Shown: piece by piece, positions 8,124 through 17,195 of the stretch | Position numbering within the stretch: position 1 is the stretch's first letter | How the letters are laid out: each line of letters opens with the position of its first letter | NCBI GenBank assembly: GCA_004525335.1 | Contig: SPCL01000003.1 | Coordinates: 1-32,420 of the forward strand | Length of the DNA: 32,420 bases | Source of the DNA: Thermodesulfobacteriales bacterium | GTDB lineage: Bacteria; Desulfobacterota_D; UBA1144; Nemesobacterales; UBA2774 | Direction of reading: 5' to 3' | Notes under the pieces: model-generated | The model's input: only the letters and a program-made list of their open reading frames with translations | Databases searched by the model: none | Told to the model about the DNA's origin: nothing | Made by a program: the position numbers and the translations under genes

Positions 8124-9452
8124 ATGGAAGAAATGTTTTCAATATTAAATAGCATTCCAAGTCCTTATTCGGACTTAGTAGCTGTTGCAGTCATTTTTAT
8201 AATAATTGCAGCAATATCATTCTTAATTGCATTTCTATTCGGCAGGAAGGCTCCCGAGCAGATTGAGGAAGTTGAAATTGAAGAAGTTATAGAACCCCCT
8301 GAAGAAATTGCTGAAGATTTACCAAGCACAGAAGAAATAGTTGAATCTAAAGAGATAATTGAACCAGCGCCGGGTCAGGAATTTCAAACCCAGGCACCGG
8401 AAATAGCTGAAGAGATATCAGAAACAGAGATACTCCCTGAGCAAGAAGAAGCAATAGTAGAGGAGATTGAAGAAGAGACTGAAGAGGAAATTGAGCCGAG
8501 AGAAGAAGTCGATGAAAGTAAAGAGGGATTATTTGCCAGGCTTCGCCGAGGTCTTTCCAAAACACAGGCCGGACTGCTGGGCGGATTGGGCGGAATTGTT
8601 TCAAAAAAAGAAATTGACGCGAACCTTTGGGATGAGTTTGAAGAGACCCTCATTATGGCGGATATAGGCGTTAGCACGACTATGAAGCTAAGAGAAAATA
8701 TAGAAACAAAGCTCTCAAAACAATCTTTAAACAGCCTGGAATCTATAACCGATACTCTTAAAGAAGAGATTTTAGAGATTCTAAAGAGCGCCCAGGGGGC
8801 TCCCATTAACGCTAATGCTAGTCCTTTTGTCATAATGGTAGCGGGGGTAAACGGTGTTGGTAAAACTACCACAATTGGCAAACTTGCAAATAGGCTCAAA
8901 ACAGAGGACAAAAAAGTTATGGTCGCTGCAGGAGACACCTTCAGAGCTGCAGCTATGGAGCAGCTTGAGGTATGGTCAAAAAGAGTCGGAACAGACTTTC
9001 TAAAAGGTCAAAGCGGGGGAGACCCATCATCAGTTGCATTTGACGCTGTAAAAGCAGCACAAGCGCGCGGGACTGATATTCTAATAATCGATACGGCTGG
9101 AAGACTGCACACAAAGGGAAACCTAATGGAAGAGCTTACAAAGATGAAACGCATTGTTGGACGTGAACTCGAAGGGGCGCCACATGAAACATTATTGGTG
9201 CTAGACGCCACAACAGGGCAAAATGCTGTGCAGCAGGCTAAGCTCTTTAATGAGGCTATAGGGGTGACCGGAATAGTACTGACAAAGCTAGACGGTACGG
9301 CTAAAGGCGGGGTGATAATTGCTATTGCCGATGAACTAAATATTCCTGTTAAGTACATAGGGATCGGTGAAAGTCTTAGCGATCTTAGAGAATTTAATGC
9401 GGAAGAATTTGTGGAGGCGCTATTTTATACAGGAGACGAAACTGTTCATTAA
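8124..9452 (+). CDS. ftsY: SRP receptor GTPase FtsY with an N-terminal hydrophobic segment and acidic linker
   Basis: GVNGVGKTTT, DTFRAAA, DTAGR, TKLDGTAKGG; AGGAGG SD upstream; residues about 18-39 hydrophobic and about 45-135 Glu-rich. Confidence 0.96.
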   Translation: MEEMFSILNSIPSPYSDLVAVAVIFIIIAAISFLIAFLFGRKAPEQIEEVEIEEVIEPPEEIAEDLPSTEEIVESKEIIEPAPGQEFQTQAPEIAEEISETEILPEQEEAIVEEIEEETEEEIEPREEVDESKEGLFARLRRGLSKTQAGLLGGLGGIVSKKEIDANLWDEFEETLIMADIGVSTTMKLRENIETKLSKQSLNSLESITDTLKEEILEILKSAQGAPINANASPFVIMVAGVNGVGKTTTIGKLANRLKTEDKKVMVAAGDTFRAAAMEQLEVWSKRVGTDFLKGQSGGDPSSVAFDAVKAAQARGTDILIIDTAGRLHTKGNLMEELTKMKRIVGRELEGAPHETLLVLDATTGQNAVQQAKLFNEAIGVTGIVLTKLDGTAKGGVIIAIADELNIPVKYIGIGESLSDLREFNAEEFVEALFYTGDETVH

Positions 9453-9472
9453 TATCACTTTAATATCACTTT
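9449..9472. repeat. 11-bp tandem duplication at the ftsY stop
   Basis: TAATATCACTT at 9450-9460 and again at 9461-9471. Confidence 0.85.
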
Positions 9473-9520
9473 TAGCTTAAGCACGTAACTCCATGAATAG
9501 TCCTATCAAAATAGTAGAAA

Positions 9521-10618
9521 ATGGATAATCACACTAAATACATGTCACTTGCTTTGAAGCTAGCTAAAAAGGCTGAGGGGATGACGAGCCCAAATCCTAT
9601 GGTTGGCGCAGTTATTGTTAAAAAGGACAGGGTTATAGGACAGGGCTATCATAAAAAAGCAGGACTGCCTCACGCCGAGATTGAGGCTTTTAATGATGCT
9701 TTAAAAAAGAAAAACTCTGTTAAAGGTGCAGCCATTTATGTAACTCTAGAGCCTTGCTGTCACGAAAAGAAAAGAACCCCCCCTTGTGTTAGTACAATCA
9801 TAGAGAAGAAGATATCAAAAGTATATGTCGCCATGCTTGATCCAAATCCCAAGGTCTCAGGAAATGGGGTGAAACTTCTAAGAGAAAATGGGATTCAAGT
9901 AGAAGTTGGTATCCTTGAGGACAAAGCAAAGATATTAAATGAGGCGTTTACCAAATATATAACTACCAAAAAACCCTTTGTAATCTTAAAACTTGCCGCT
10001 ACAATGGACGGCAAAATTGCAGCATATACGGGCGATTCCAAGTGGATTGGCAGCCCGACACAGCGAAAATTTGCACACCAACTGAGAAATAAAGTGGATG
10101 GGATCATGGTAGGAACAGAGACTGTTCTCAAAGACAATCCGAGCTTAAACGTGAGGTTAGGGAAAAAAACCGCCGACCCTATCCCGATTGTTTTAGACCG
10201 CAAGTTAAGAATCCCTCTGGAATCAAATCTCTTAAACATCCATGAACGCTCTATCATAGCGACATCGGATTTATCTAAAACAGGAAAAGTTCAGAAACTT
10301 CAAAATCTAGGAGCGTCCATTCTACAAATCAAAGAGGATAAAAATGGTCGGTTAAACTTGAAAGAACTTATGACGAAGTTAGGAAAACTTGAGATCATGA
10401 GCGTACTAATAGAAGGCGGCAGCAAGGTGGCCGCTTCAGCATTAAAAAGCGGTATAGTAGATAAAGTCGTCTTCTTCTATTCACCTAAGATTGTAGGATC
10501 TGAAGGGATTAGCATGATAGGAGAGCTTGGAATCTCTACTATTAAGAAATCGTTAGAAATAAAGAATACCAAGATAAAAAGAATCAATGATGAAATCATG
10601 ATCGAGGGTTATTTATAG
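9521..10618 (+). CDS. ribD: Bifunctional riboflavin biosynthesis deaminase/reductase
   Basis: SPNPMVGAVIV, zinc motifs HAE and LEPCCH..TPPC, reductase motifs KLAATMDGKIA, DNPSLNVR and IEGG. Confidence 0.95.
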   Translation: MDNHTKYMSLALKLAKKAEGMTSPNPMVGAVIVKKDRVIGQGYHKKAGLPHAEIEAFNDALKKKNSVKGAAIYVTLEPCCHEKKRTPPCVSTIIEKKISKVYVAMLDPNPKVSGNGVKLLRENGIQVEVGILEDKAKILNEAFTKYITTKKPFVILKLAATMDGKIAAYTGDSKWIGSPTQRKFAHQLRNKVDGIMVGTETVLKDNPSLNVRLGKKTADPIPIVLDRKLRIPLESNLLNIHERSIIATSDLSKTGKVQKLQNLGASILQIKEDKNGRLNLKELMTKLGKLEIMSVLIEGGSKVAASALKSGIVDKVVFFYSPKIVGSEGISMIGELGISTIKKSLEIKNTKIKRINDEIMIEGYL

Positions 10619-10646
10619 CACTTTTTTAGTGGACCCCCCTATAACG

Positions 10647-10655
10647 TGTTACAAT
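10647..10655 (+). promoter_or_regulatory. Extended -10 promoter candidate for nadD-rsfS
   Basis: TG-T-TACAAT (10647-10655), 12 nt before ATG 10668; no clear -35 or SD. Confidence 0.45.
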
Positions 10656-10667
10656 CCTCTATATATT

Positions 10668-11330
10668 ATGGGCAATAAGATACAACAAAGAGTAGGTCTT
10701 TTCGGGGGTACTTTCGATCCAATTCATTTTGGACATCTTCGAGCTGCGGAGGAGATCAAACAAATACTTGAGCTTGATAAAGTTTATTTTATCCCGACCG
10801 CAATTTCACCTCATAAAGTAGATACGAATGTAACTCTTTCTTCAAAGCGGCTAGAAATGCTAAAACTAGCGATAGAAGGAAACAAATATTTCGATATATC
10901 GGAATTTGAACTGAAATCTGAAACACCTTCATATACAATTAAAACTCTTGAGTATTTTAGTAAAATGGAACCCGCTCCTGAGCTTTACTTTATTGTTGGC
11001 AATGAGCAGTTCGATCAGATGGACACTTGGAGAGATTACAAACGGCTTTTTGAGCTAAGTAATTTTGCTGTTATCACAAGACCGGGGTTTTCAGAACTAA
11101 GCTCAAGCAAAGTACCACTTGCGCTTAAAGATGATTTTCGATATTATAATTGTATAGAAAACGTGATTTCATATACTAACAAAAGAAAAGAGATTGTATT
11201 TATAGAGATTAAAGGAATTGAGATTTCTTCAACTGATATTCGAGCCTTTGTTAAATCAAAAAAGTCCATTAAATATCTTGTACCGGATAAAGTACAAAAA
11301 TTTATATTATCTGAAAAACTGTATGCTTAG
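10668..11330 (+). CDS. nadD: Nicotinate-nucleotide adenylyltransferase
   Basis: GLFGGTFDPIHFGH, SPHK, SYTIKTL, ISSTDIR. Start moved from GTG 10629 to ATG 10668. Confidence 0.95.
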   Translation: MGNKIQQRVGLFGGTFDPIHFGHLRAAEEIKQILELDKVYFIPTAISPHKVDTNVTLSSKRLEMLKLAIEGNKYFDISEFELKSETPSYTIKTLEYFSKMEPAPELYFIVGNEQFDQMDTWRDYKRLFELSNFAVITRPGFSELSSSKVPLALKDDFRYYNCIENVISYTNKRKEIVFIEIKGIEISSTDIRAFVKSKKSIKYLVPDKVQKFILSEKLYA

Positions 11331-11341
11331 GAGGCACCTAA

Positions 11342-11737
11342 ATAGACTCTAAAAATAAAGCTATATCTGTTGCTCACGCAGCTTGGGAAAAACAAGCTAT
11401 AAACCCTATTTTGCTTGAAGTAAAATCTACTAGTGATGTTACTGATTACTTCCTGGTATGTAGCGCCAATTCTGACCGCGGTGTAAAAACTATAGTTGAG
11501 AATATAGAACAAACGCTCAAAGATGCGGGGCAAAAGGTGATTGGAGTAGAAGGTTTCAAAGAAGGCAAATGGGTTCTTGTAGATTCAGCGGATGTTGTAG
11601 CGCATGTGTTTTATGAGCCTCTTAGAGAGTTTTATGATATAGAGAGTTTATGGATAGATGCACCTAGGTTAAATCTGGACTTTAAGGACAACCCCACCCC
11701 TCTTAAACCAAAAGGTTCCCAGGAAACATATAGATAG
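11342..11737 (+). CDS. rsfS: Ribosome silencing factor RsfS (Iojap), probable ATA start
   Basis: TDYFLVCSANS, VEG....WVLVD..DVVAHVF...R.FYDIE.LW.DAP; conserved position after nadD. The frame opens at ATA 11342, 7 nt after AGGAGG, and adds the expected N-terminal helix missing from the 11411 ORF call. Confidence 0.9.
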   Translation: MDSKNKAISVAHAAWEKQAINPILLEVKSTSDVTDYFLVCSANSDRGVKTIVENIEQTLKDAGQKVIGVEGFKEGKWVLVDSADVVAHVFYEPLREFYDIESLWIDAPRLNLDFKDNPTPLKPKGSQETYR

Positions 11738-11758
11738 AGTTTTAATTAACTCAATCTA
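11731..11758. terminator. Possible hairpin between convergent rsfS and ftsZ
   Basis: TAGATAGAGTT / AACTCAATCTA, 11 bp with one mismatch; AT-rich and weak. Confidence 0.25.
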
Positions 11759-11824
11759 TCAAAACCATACGATAACAACGGCAGTTGCCTTGGGAAGTCA
11801 TAATATACCAATGTTTGCAGTAGC

Positions 11825-12898
11825 TTACTGACCTTCTTGAACACCGCGCCTTCTAATGAAAGCCGGTATTTCGAATTCATCATCGCCAACTTCGGGTGGG
11901 AGCTGTGTAACAACTTGCTTTAGTTTCTCTGCCTTAGCGGAGTTTATCCCGGTAGCTATGACAGTAAGCTGGACAGCTTCTTTGAAATCATGGTTAAAAA
12001 CTAATCCGAAAATCAAATTTACATCTTTATGTGCTCTTTCTTTAATGTAATTACATGCTTCGTTTAACTCTTCAATTCCAAAATCAGGTGAAGCAGTAAC
12101 GTTCAATAAAATGCCCGTTGCGCCGTCAATGGAGATGTCTTCTAATAGCGGGCTTGTTATAGCAGCTTCCGCAGCTTCTATAGCCCTGTTGGGTCCTTCA
12201 GCATAGCCTGCTCCCATAAGAGCCTTACCGCCGTTTTCACCCATAATACTTCTAACATCGGCAAAATCGACATTGATGTATCCGGTTCCGGTTATTATGT
12301 CTGAGATCCCGCGAACTGCCTGATGAAGCACTTCATCCGCTTTCTTAAAAGCATCGAGAACGCTTACTTTGTGAACCTCTGCAAGCCTATCATTTGGAAT
12401 GATAATTAGGGTATCAACTTCTTTATCCAGACTACTAATACCCTCTATTGCCTGTCTGTTTCTTTTTGGACCTTCAAACCCAAAAGGTTTTGTTACAACT
12501 CCAATCGTTAAAGCACCAATTTCTCTAGCGGCTTGCGCAATTATTGGAGATGCACCAGTCCCAGTGCCACCACCCATACCGGCAGTGATAAAGACCATAT
12601 CAGCACCTTCAAGAGCCTCTGCAATCTTTGCCTGATCTTCAATTGCAGCTTCTCTACCCAAATTTGGGTTTCCGCCAGATCCTAACCCCTTGGTTGTTCT
12701 GGTACCTATCTGTATTTTTGTAGGAGCAAGAGATTTTCTGAGATCTTGCGCATCTGTATTAGCAACTATAAACTCAACGCCGTTAAGACCCCTTTCTATC
12801 ATAGCGTTAACAGCATTGCCTCCGGCGCCACCAGCTCCTACGACTTTAATTTTTGCTTTTTGTTCCACATTTATATCTTCAAGCTCAAATTTGGCCAT
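11825..12898 (-). CDS. ftsZ: Cell division GTPase FtsZ
   Basis: ANTDAQ, GMGGGTGTG tubulin signature, PFGFEG, INVDFADV, C-terminal peptide FEIPAFIRR; AGGAGG SD. Confidence 0.98.
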   Translation of the reverse strand: MAKFELEDINVEQKAKIKVVGAGGAGGNAVNAMIERGLNGVEFIVANTDAQDLRKSLAPTKIQIGTRTTKGLGSGGNPNLGREAAIEDQAKIAEALEGADMVFITAGMGGGTGTGASPIIAQAAREIGALTIGVVTKPFGFEGPKRNRQAIEGISSLDKEVDTLIIIPNDRLAEVHKVSVLDAFKKADEVLHQAVRGISDIITGTGYINVDFADVRSIMGENGGKALMGAGYAEGPNRAIEAAEAAITSPLLEDISIDGATGILLNVTASPDFGIEELNEACNYIKERAHKDVNLIFGLVFNHDFKEAVQLTVIATGINSAKAEKLKQVVTQLPPEVGDDEFEIPAFIRRRGVQEGQ

Positions 12899-12939
12899 AA
12901 CCTATCACCCTCCTGCAGTATGTATTATTTCATTGTAAC

Positions 12940-14172
12940 CTAAAAAAACTCTTCAAACCAGTGTTGCATGCTATCAAATATTTTTTTAAATACATTTTCA
13001 TCTCGAATGCGGAGTTTTTTATCCCCTTTATACCCCGCACCGTAAAGAACCAGTCCAACACCGGTTGAGTAAACCGGGTTAGCAATTATATCTGTTAACC
13101 CTCCCACAGCGGTTGGAATGCCCATTCTAACAGGCATTTCAAGCACACGCTCGGCAAGCTCAACGGTACCATTCATAATAACAGTACCGCCGGTTATAAC
13201 AACACCGGCAGGGACTAATTCTTCATAACCTGATTTTTGTATTTCATTTTTAGCCAAAGCAAATATTTCTTCCATCCTAGGCTCAATAACCATGGCAAGA
13301 TCCTTTCTGGAGACCTTTCTGAAATGTTTGCCGCCTACGCTGGGAACTTCGATTTCTTCTTCTGGCGAAACGAGCTCTGCTAATGCTGTGCCATGTTTTT
13401 CTTTTATCTTTCTTGCCTCAGCAAGTGGAGTTGATAAACCCAGAGCAATGTCCCGGTCTATATTATCCCCTCCAAGAGTTACATTTTCGGTATACCTTAT
13501 ACTACCGCCCACAAAAATGGCTATATCAGTGGTCCCGCCCCCGCAGTCAATAAGAACTACACCAATTTCTTTTTCATCCTCTGTAAGAACAGCCTCACTC
13601 GATGCCAGCTGTTCAAGCACAATATCAGCTACATCCATTCCTGCCCCATGTACGCACTTTACTAAGTTCTGAGCCGCGGTGACCTGTCCTGTAACTATAT
13701 GGACTCTTGTTTCTAGTTTGATTCCATAGATTCCGACCGGATCTTTTATTCCGGCTTGGCCGTCTACAATATATTCTTGGGGGATAACATGGATTATTTC
13801 TCTATCAGCGGGAATCAATACGGCATTAGCTGACTCTATAACCCTGTCCAAATCACGCCTAGCCACTTCACGCTCTCTAATTGTGATCATCCCGTGGCCG
13901 CTGATACCTTTGATATGACCGCCGGCAATACCGACAAAGACGGTTCTGATTTCACATCCAGCCATATGCTCCGCTTCTTCTACAGCATTTTTGACTGATT
14001 GGATAGTGTTTTCAATATTAACTACAACTCCTCTTTTAAGACCAAATGAGGGGTATATCCCTACACCGATAATCTCGACTTCTTCAGTCTGAGGATTTAG
14101 TTCTCCAACCATGGCACAGATCTTTGTTGTGCCAATATCCAACCCTATTATTAAGTTTTGTTCTTTACCCAT
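12940..14172 (-). CDS. ftsA: Cell division protein FtsA
   Basis: GLDIGTTK, IDCGGGTTD, GVVITGG, C-terminal amphipathic helix FKKIFDSMQHWFEEFF. Confidence 0.97.
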   Translation of the reverse strand: MGKEQNLIIGLDIGTTKICAMVGELNPQTEEVEIIGVGIYPSFGLKRGVVVNIENTIQSVKNAVEEAEHMAGCEIRTVFVGIAGGHIKGISGHGMITIREREVARRDLDRVIESANAVLIPADREIIHVIPQEYIVDGQAGIKDPVGIYGIKLETRVHIVTGQVTAAQNLVKCVHGAGMDVADIVLEQLASSEAVLTEDEKEIGVVLIDCGGGTTDIAIFVGGSIRYTENVTLGGDNIDRDIALGLSTPLAEARKIKEKHGTALAELVSPEEEIEVPSVGGKHFRKVSRKDLAMVIEPRMEEIFALAKNEIQKSGYEELVPAGVVITGGTVIMNGTVELAERVLEMPVRMGIPTAVGGLTDIIANPVYSTGVGLVLYGAGYKGDKKLRIRDENVFKKIFDSMQHWFEEFF

Positions 14173-14935
14173 CTTCTTCGGTATCTGCCTTTACAACAGG
14201 CAAATCAAAATTAACCACACCCATATTATCCGAGGTTATATTAATATATTTTTCCTCAATGCCCATTATTTCGGCATGAGTAATGATTTTTTCAACCTTC
14301 CGCCACTTATTGACAATATTTTTAGTATCGAATTCGATACGTTTTTTATCAACTGTAAATACATCAATCCCGTATATTGAATCAAGGTGGACTTCAGAAA
14401 TGTTGCTCCAGTTAAGAACTTTACTTACTGAAGATAATTCCAATAACTGTATTGCCTCTTTTACAAGATCGGGATCGTTTATACCTTCGCCTATCAGAAC
14501 AGGAAAATCAAGACCTTCATCAAAATTTGCGGGACCAAGACGCTTGCCTTCCTTATTTATGTAGAAAATCTTTCCATTTTCATCAAATAAGAGACAGTAT
14601 GATTCTTCCTCATTTATTTGAATATTAACTTTCTTTGGGAACTCTTTTGTAACAGATACGCCCTTTACCCAGGAATTCTTTAATATGTTTTCCTCAACTG
14701 AATCTTCAAAAAAGAAAATGCTGCTCTCGCCCTGCCTTAAACCAGATCTTTTTAGAATTTCTTTTTCATTAATCTTTGTATTTCCACTAATATTAATCTC
14801 TTGCACGGTGAAAATTCCAAGGTGAAGAGTAATGTATGCCGATGCGACTAATGCAATCAGCACTAAGAATACAGAGAGGATTTTGATATATTTGAGATAT
14901 GAGAAACGACCTTCTTCGTTATTTTGTCCGTTCAC
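14165..14935 (-). CDS. ftsQ: Cell division protein FtsQ/DivIB
   Basis: Single N-terminal TM helix, POTRA-like segment (INISGN...WVKGVSVTKEFP..V.I.I.E), position before ftsA. Confidence 0.85.
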   Translation of the reverse strand: MNGQNNEEGRFSYLKYIKILSVFLVLIALVASAYITLHLGIFTVQEINISGNTKINEKEILKRSGLRQGESSIFFFEDSVEENILKNSWVKGVSVTKEFPKKVNIQINEEESYCLLFDENGKIFYINKEGKRLGPANFDEGLDFPVLIGEGINDPDLVKEAIQLLELSSVSKVLNWSNISEVHLDSIYGIDVFTVDKKRIEFDTKNIVNKWRKVEKIITHAEIMGIEEKYINITSDNMGVVNFDLPVVKADTEEDG

Positions 14936-15834
14936 TTTTCTTGGTTTCCTATAACTCTTACTTCTGTCTCGAGCTTAATTCCTCTTTCAGAAAGTGCTTC
15001 ATTCTTTGCTTTCTCTATAAGTTCTAAAACATCGCTTGCCCTTGCATTTCCTGTATTGACAATAAAGTTTGCATGTAGATCAGAGAACTGAGCGCCGCCG
15101 ATACTAAATCCTTTTAACCCCAGCTCTTCAATCAACTGACCTGCCGCAATGTCGGGCGGGTTTTTAAAAATAGAGCCGGTATTAGACATTTTAATTGGCT
15201 GAGTCGAATTTCTTTTAGCCATATACTCTTTTACATTCTGCTCACTTTTGACACTGTCCCCATGTTCTAATTTAAAAAGTGCTTTAGTAACCACACTTCC
15301 CTCAGGCAAGTTGCTCTTACGATATTCAAATTTAATCTCGCTTCTTTTTAGAGCAATTTCTTCTCCACCTGACCATATCCAAACTGTATCAACTACGTCT
15401 TTAATTTCACCATTATTTGCACCAGCGTTCATGAAGATTCCGCCCCCAACGGTGCCGGGAATTCCTGCAGCAAACTCAAACCCGGTCAATCCTGCTTTAA
15501 TTGTCCTATTTAATATTGTGCCAAGTATTACGCCTGATTCAGCAAGTACTTTGGTCCCCTCAACTATCTCGATTTTTTTCAGCTTCTTCGTTGAGACAAC
15601 AACTCCTGAAATACCTTGATCATATACAATCGTGTTGGATCCCTCACCTAAGACAACCCATGGTACATTTGATGCTGACAAAATGTTAATCAGCTTTATA
15701 AATTCATCATGATTATTGGGCTCTGCGACAAGATCGGCCTGACCACCCACTCTGAGCCAAGTGTATTTTTTCATCGGGTAATCAGGGCTTACGTTGCAGC
15801 CAATATTTTCGATTTGATGAATCAAATCTTTCAC
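14932..15834 (-). CDS. murB: UDP-N-acetylenolpyruvoylglucosamine reductase
   Basis: RVGGQA, LGEGSN, GIPGTVGGGIFMNAGA, GSIFKNP, HANFIVN, LETEV. Confidence 0.96.
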   Translation of the reverse strand: MKDLIHQIENIGCNVSPDYPMKKYTWLRVGGQADLVAEPNNHDEFIKLINILSASNVPWVVLGEGSNTIVYDQGISGVVVSTKKLKKIEIVEGTKVLAESGVILGTILNRTIKAGLTGFEFAAGIPGTVGGGIFMNAGANNGEIKDVVDTVWIWSGGEEIALKRSEIKFEYRKSNLPEGSVVTKALFKLEHGDSVKSEQNVKEYMAKRNSTQPIKMSNTGSIFKNPPDIAAGQLIEELGLKGFSIGGAQFSDLHANFIVNTGNARASDVLELIEKAKNEALSERGIKLETEVRVIGNQEK

Positions 15835-17195
15835 CGAAGCCCCTCAACAATCTTTTCTCCAAAAGCCCAAATATTTCCTGCACCAAGAGTTAAAACGATA
15901 TCATTTTGCTTGAGGTCATCTAAAACTGTTGAGAGCATATCCTCACCATTTAGATATCTGACATTTTTACCGCCTTTATCTATTACCGACTGACATAACA
16001 ACTCAGAGGACACACCTTCAATCGGATCTTCGCTAGCAGCATATATATCCATTATATAGAGCATATCTGTGTCAACAAGTACCCGAGCAAATTCATTAAA
16101 AAGCAGTTTTGTTCTGCTATATCTGTGAGGTTGGAAGATAACAACTACTCTACCGTCATGAGATTCTTTTATAGCGCTAAGCGTGACTTCAATCTCACTT
16201 GGGTGGTGTGCATAATCATCTATTACAGTTATACCCCTTTGCTTACCTTTAATTTGCAATCTCCTATCTATACCTCTAAATTCAGATAACCCTTTGCTTG
16301 TATCCTCAAAACTCATTCCGAGTTCCATGCCTATAGCAATTGCCGCGAGCGCATTTTGGGCATTATGCCGCCCTGGGACATGCAGGGTTACAGATCCAAG
16401 ATCGGCACCGTTTAAATACACATCAAATTTAGTCTCAAAACCAGAAATCTTTACATCTTGCGCTCTTAATTCTGCTTCTTTATCAAAACCATAGGTTATA
16501 AATCGCTTCTTAAAATTGTTGGAAAGCTCTTTAATCCTTGGGCAATCTATGCATAAAACCGATAAACCGTAAAACGGTATCTTGTCTAAGAAAGCCATAA
16601 AAGTATTCTCTAGTTCATCCATATTTTTGTAGTAGTCCATATGTTCTTCATCGATGTTAGTAAGAACAGAAATAACTGGAGATAGTTTTAAAAATGAACC
16701 GTCACTCTCATCAGCTTCGACTACCATAAAGTCTCCGCTTCCAAGACGCGCATTGGTGCCCATGGTCTTCACTTTCCCACCCACAACGATAGTAGGGTCT
16801 AATTTCCCGTAAGATAGCACTGCTGCAGTCATAGAAGTTGTTGTTGTTTTACCGTGGCTTCCGGCAACTGCTATGCCGTAGCGAAGCCTCATAAGCTCTG
16901 CCAACATTTCTGCTCTAGGAATAACTGGGATGTTAATTTCTTTGGCTCTTAGCACTTCAGGATTATCTGACTTTATAGCCGAGGATGTCACTACTACACC
17001 TGCCCCTTCAACATTTTCGGCGCTGTGCCCTATAGTTATCGTAGCGCCCAGGTCTTTGAGTCTTTTTACAGTTGATGACTGCCCAATATCCGAGCCGCTG
17101 ATTTCATATCCGATATTGAGCAATACCTCAGCTATACCACTCATCCCAATACCGCCTATACCAACAAAATGAATCCGCTTAATCTTTCCGTACAC
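15831..17195 (-). CDS. murC: UDP-N-acetylmuramate--L-alanine ligase
   Basis: HFVGIGGIGMSGIA, GSHGKTTT, EADESDGSF, DDYAHHP, FQPHRYSRT. Confidence 0.97.
   Translation of the reverse strand: MYGKIKRIHFVGIGGIGMSGIAEVLLNIGYEISGSDIGQSSTVKRLKDLGATITIGHSAENVEGAGVVVTSSAIKSDNPEVLRAKEINIPVIPRAEMLAELMRLRYGIAVAGSHGKTTTTSMTAAVLSYGKLDPTIVVGGKVKTMGTNARLGSGDFMVVEADESDGSFLKLSPVISVLTNIDEEHMDYYKNMDELENTFMAFLDKIPFYGLSVLCIDCPRIKELSNNFKKRFITYGFDKEAELRAQDVKISGFETKFDVYLNGADLGSVTLHVPGRHNAQNALAAIAIGMELGMSFEDTSKGLSEFRGIDRRLQIKGKQRGITVIDDYAHHPSEIEVTLSAIKESHDGRVVVIFQPHRYSRTKLLFNEFARVLVDTDMLYIMDIYAASEDPIEGVSSELLCQSVIDKGGKNVRYLNGEDMLSTVLDDLKQNDIVLTLGAGNIWAFGEKIVEGLR

Noticed and set aside
8256-8530. GAA-rich stretch in ftsY as a tandem repeat
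   Set aside because: It is low-complexity Glu coding with no fixed repeat unit.
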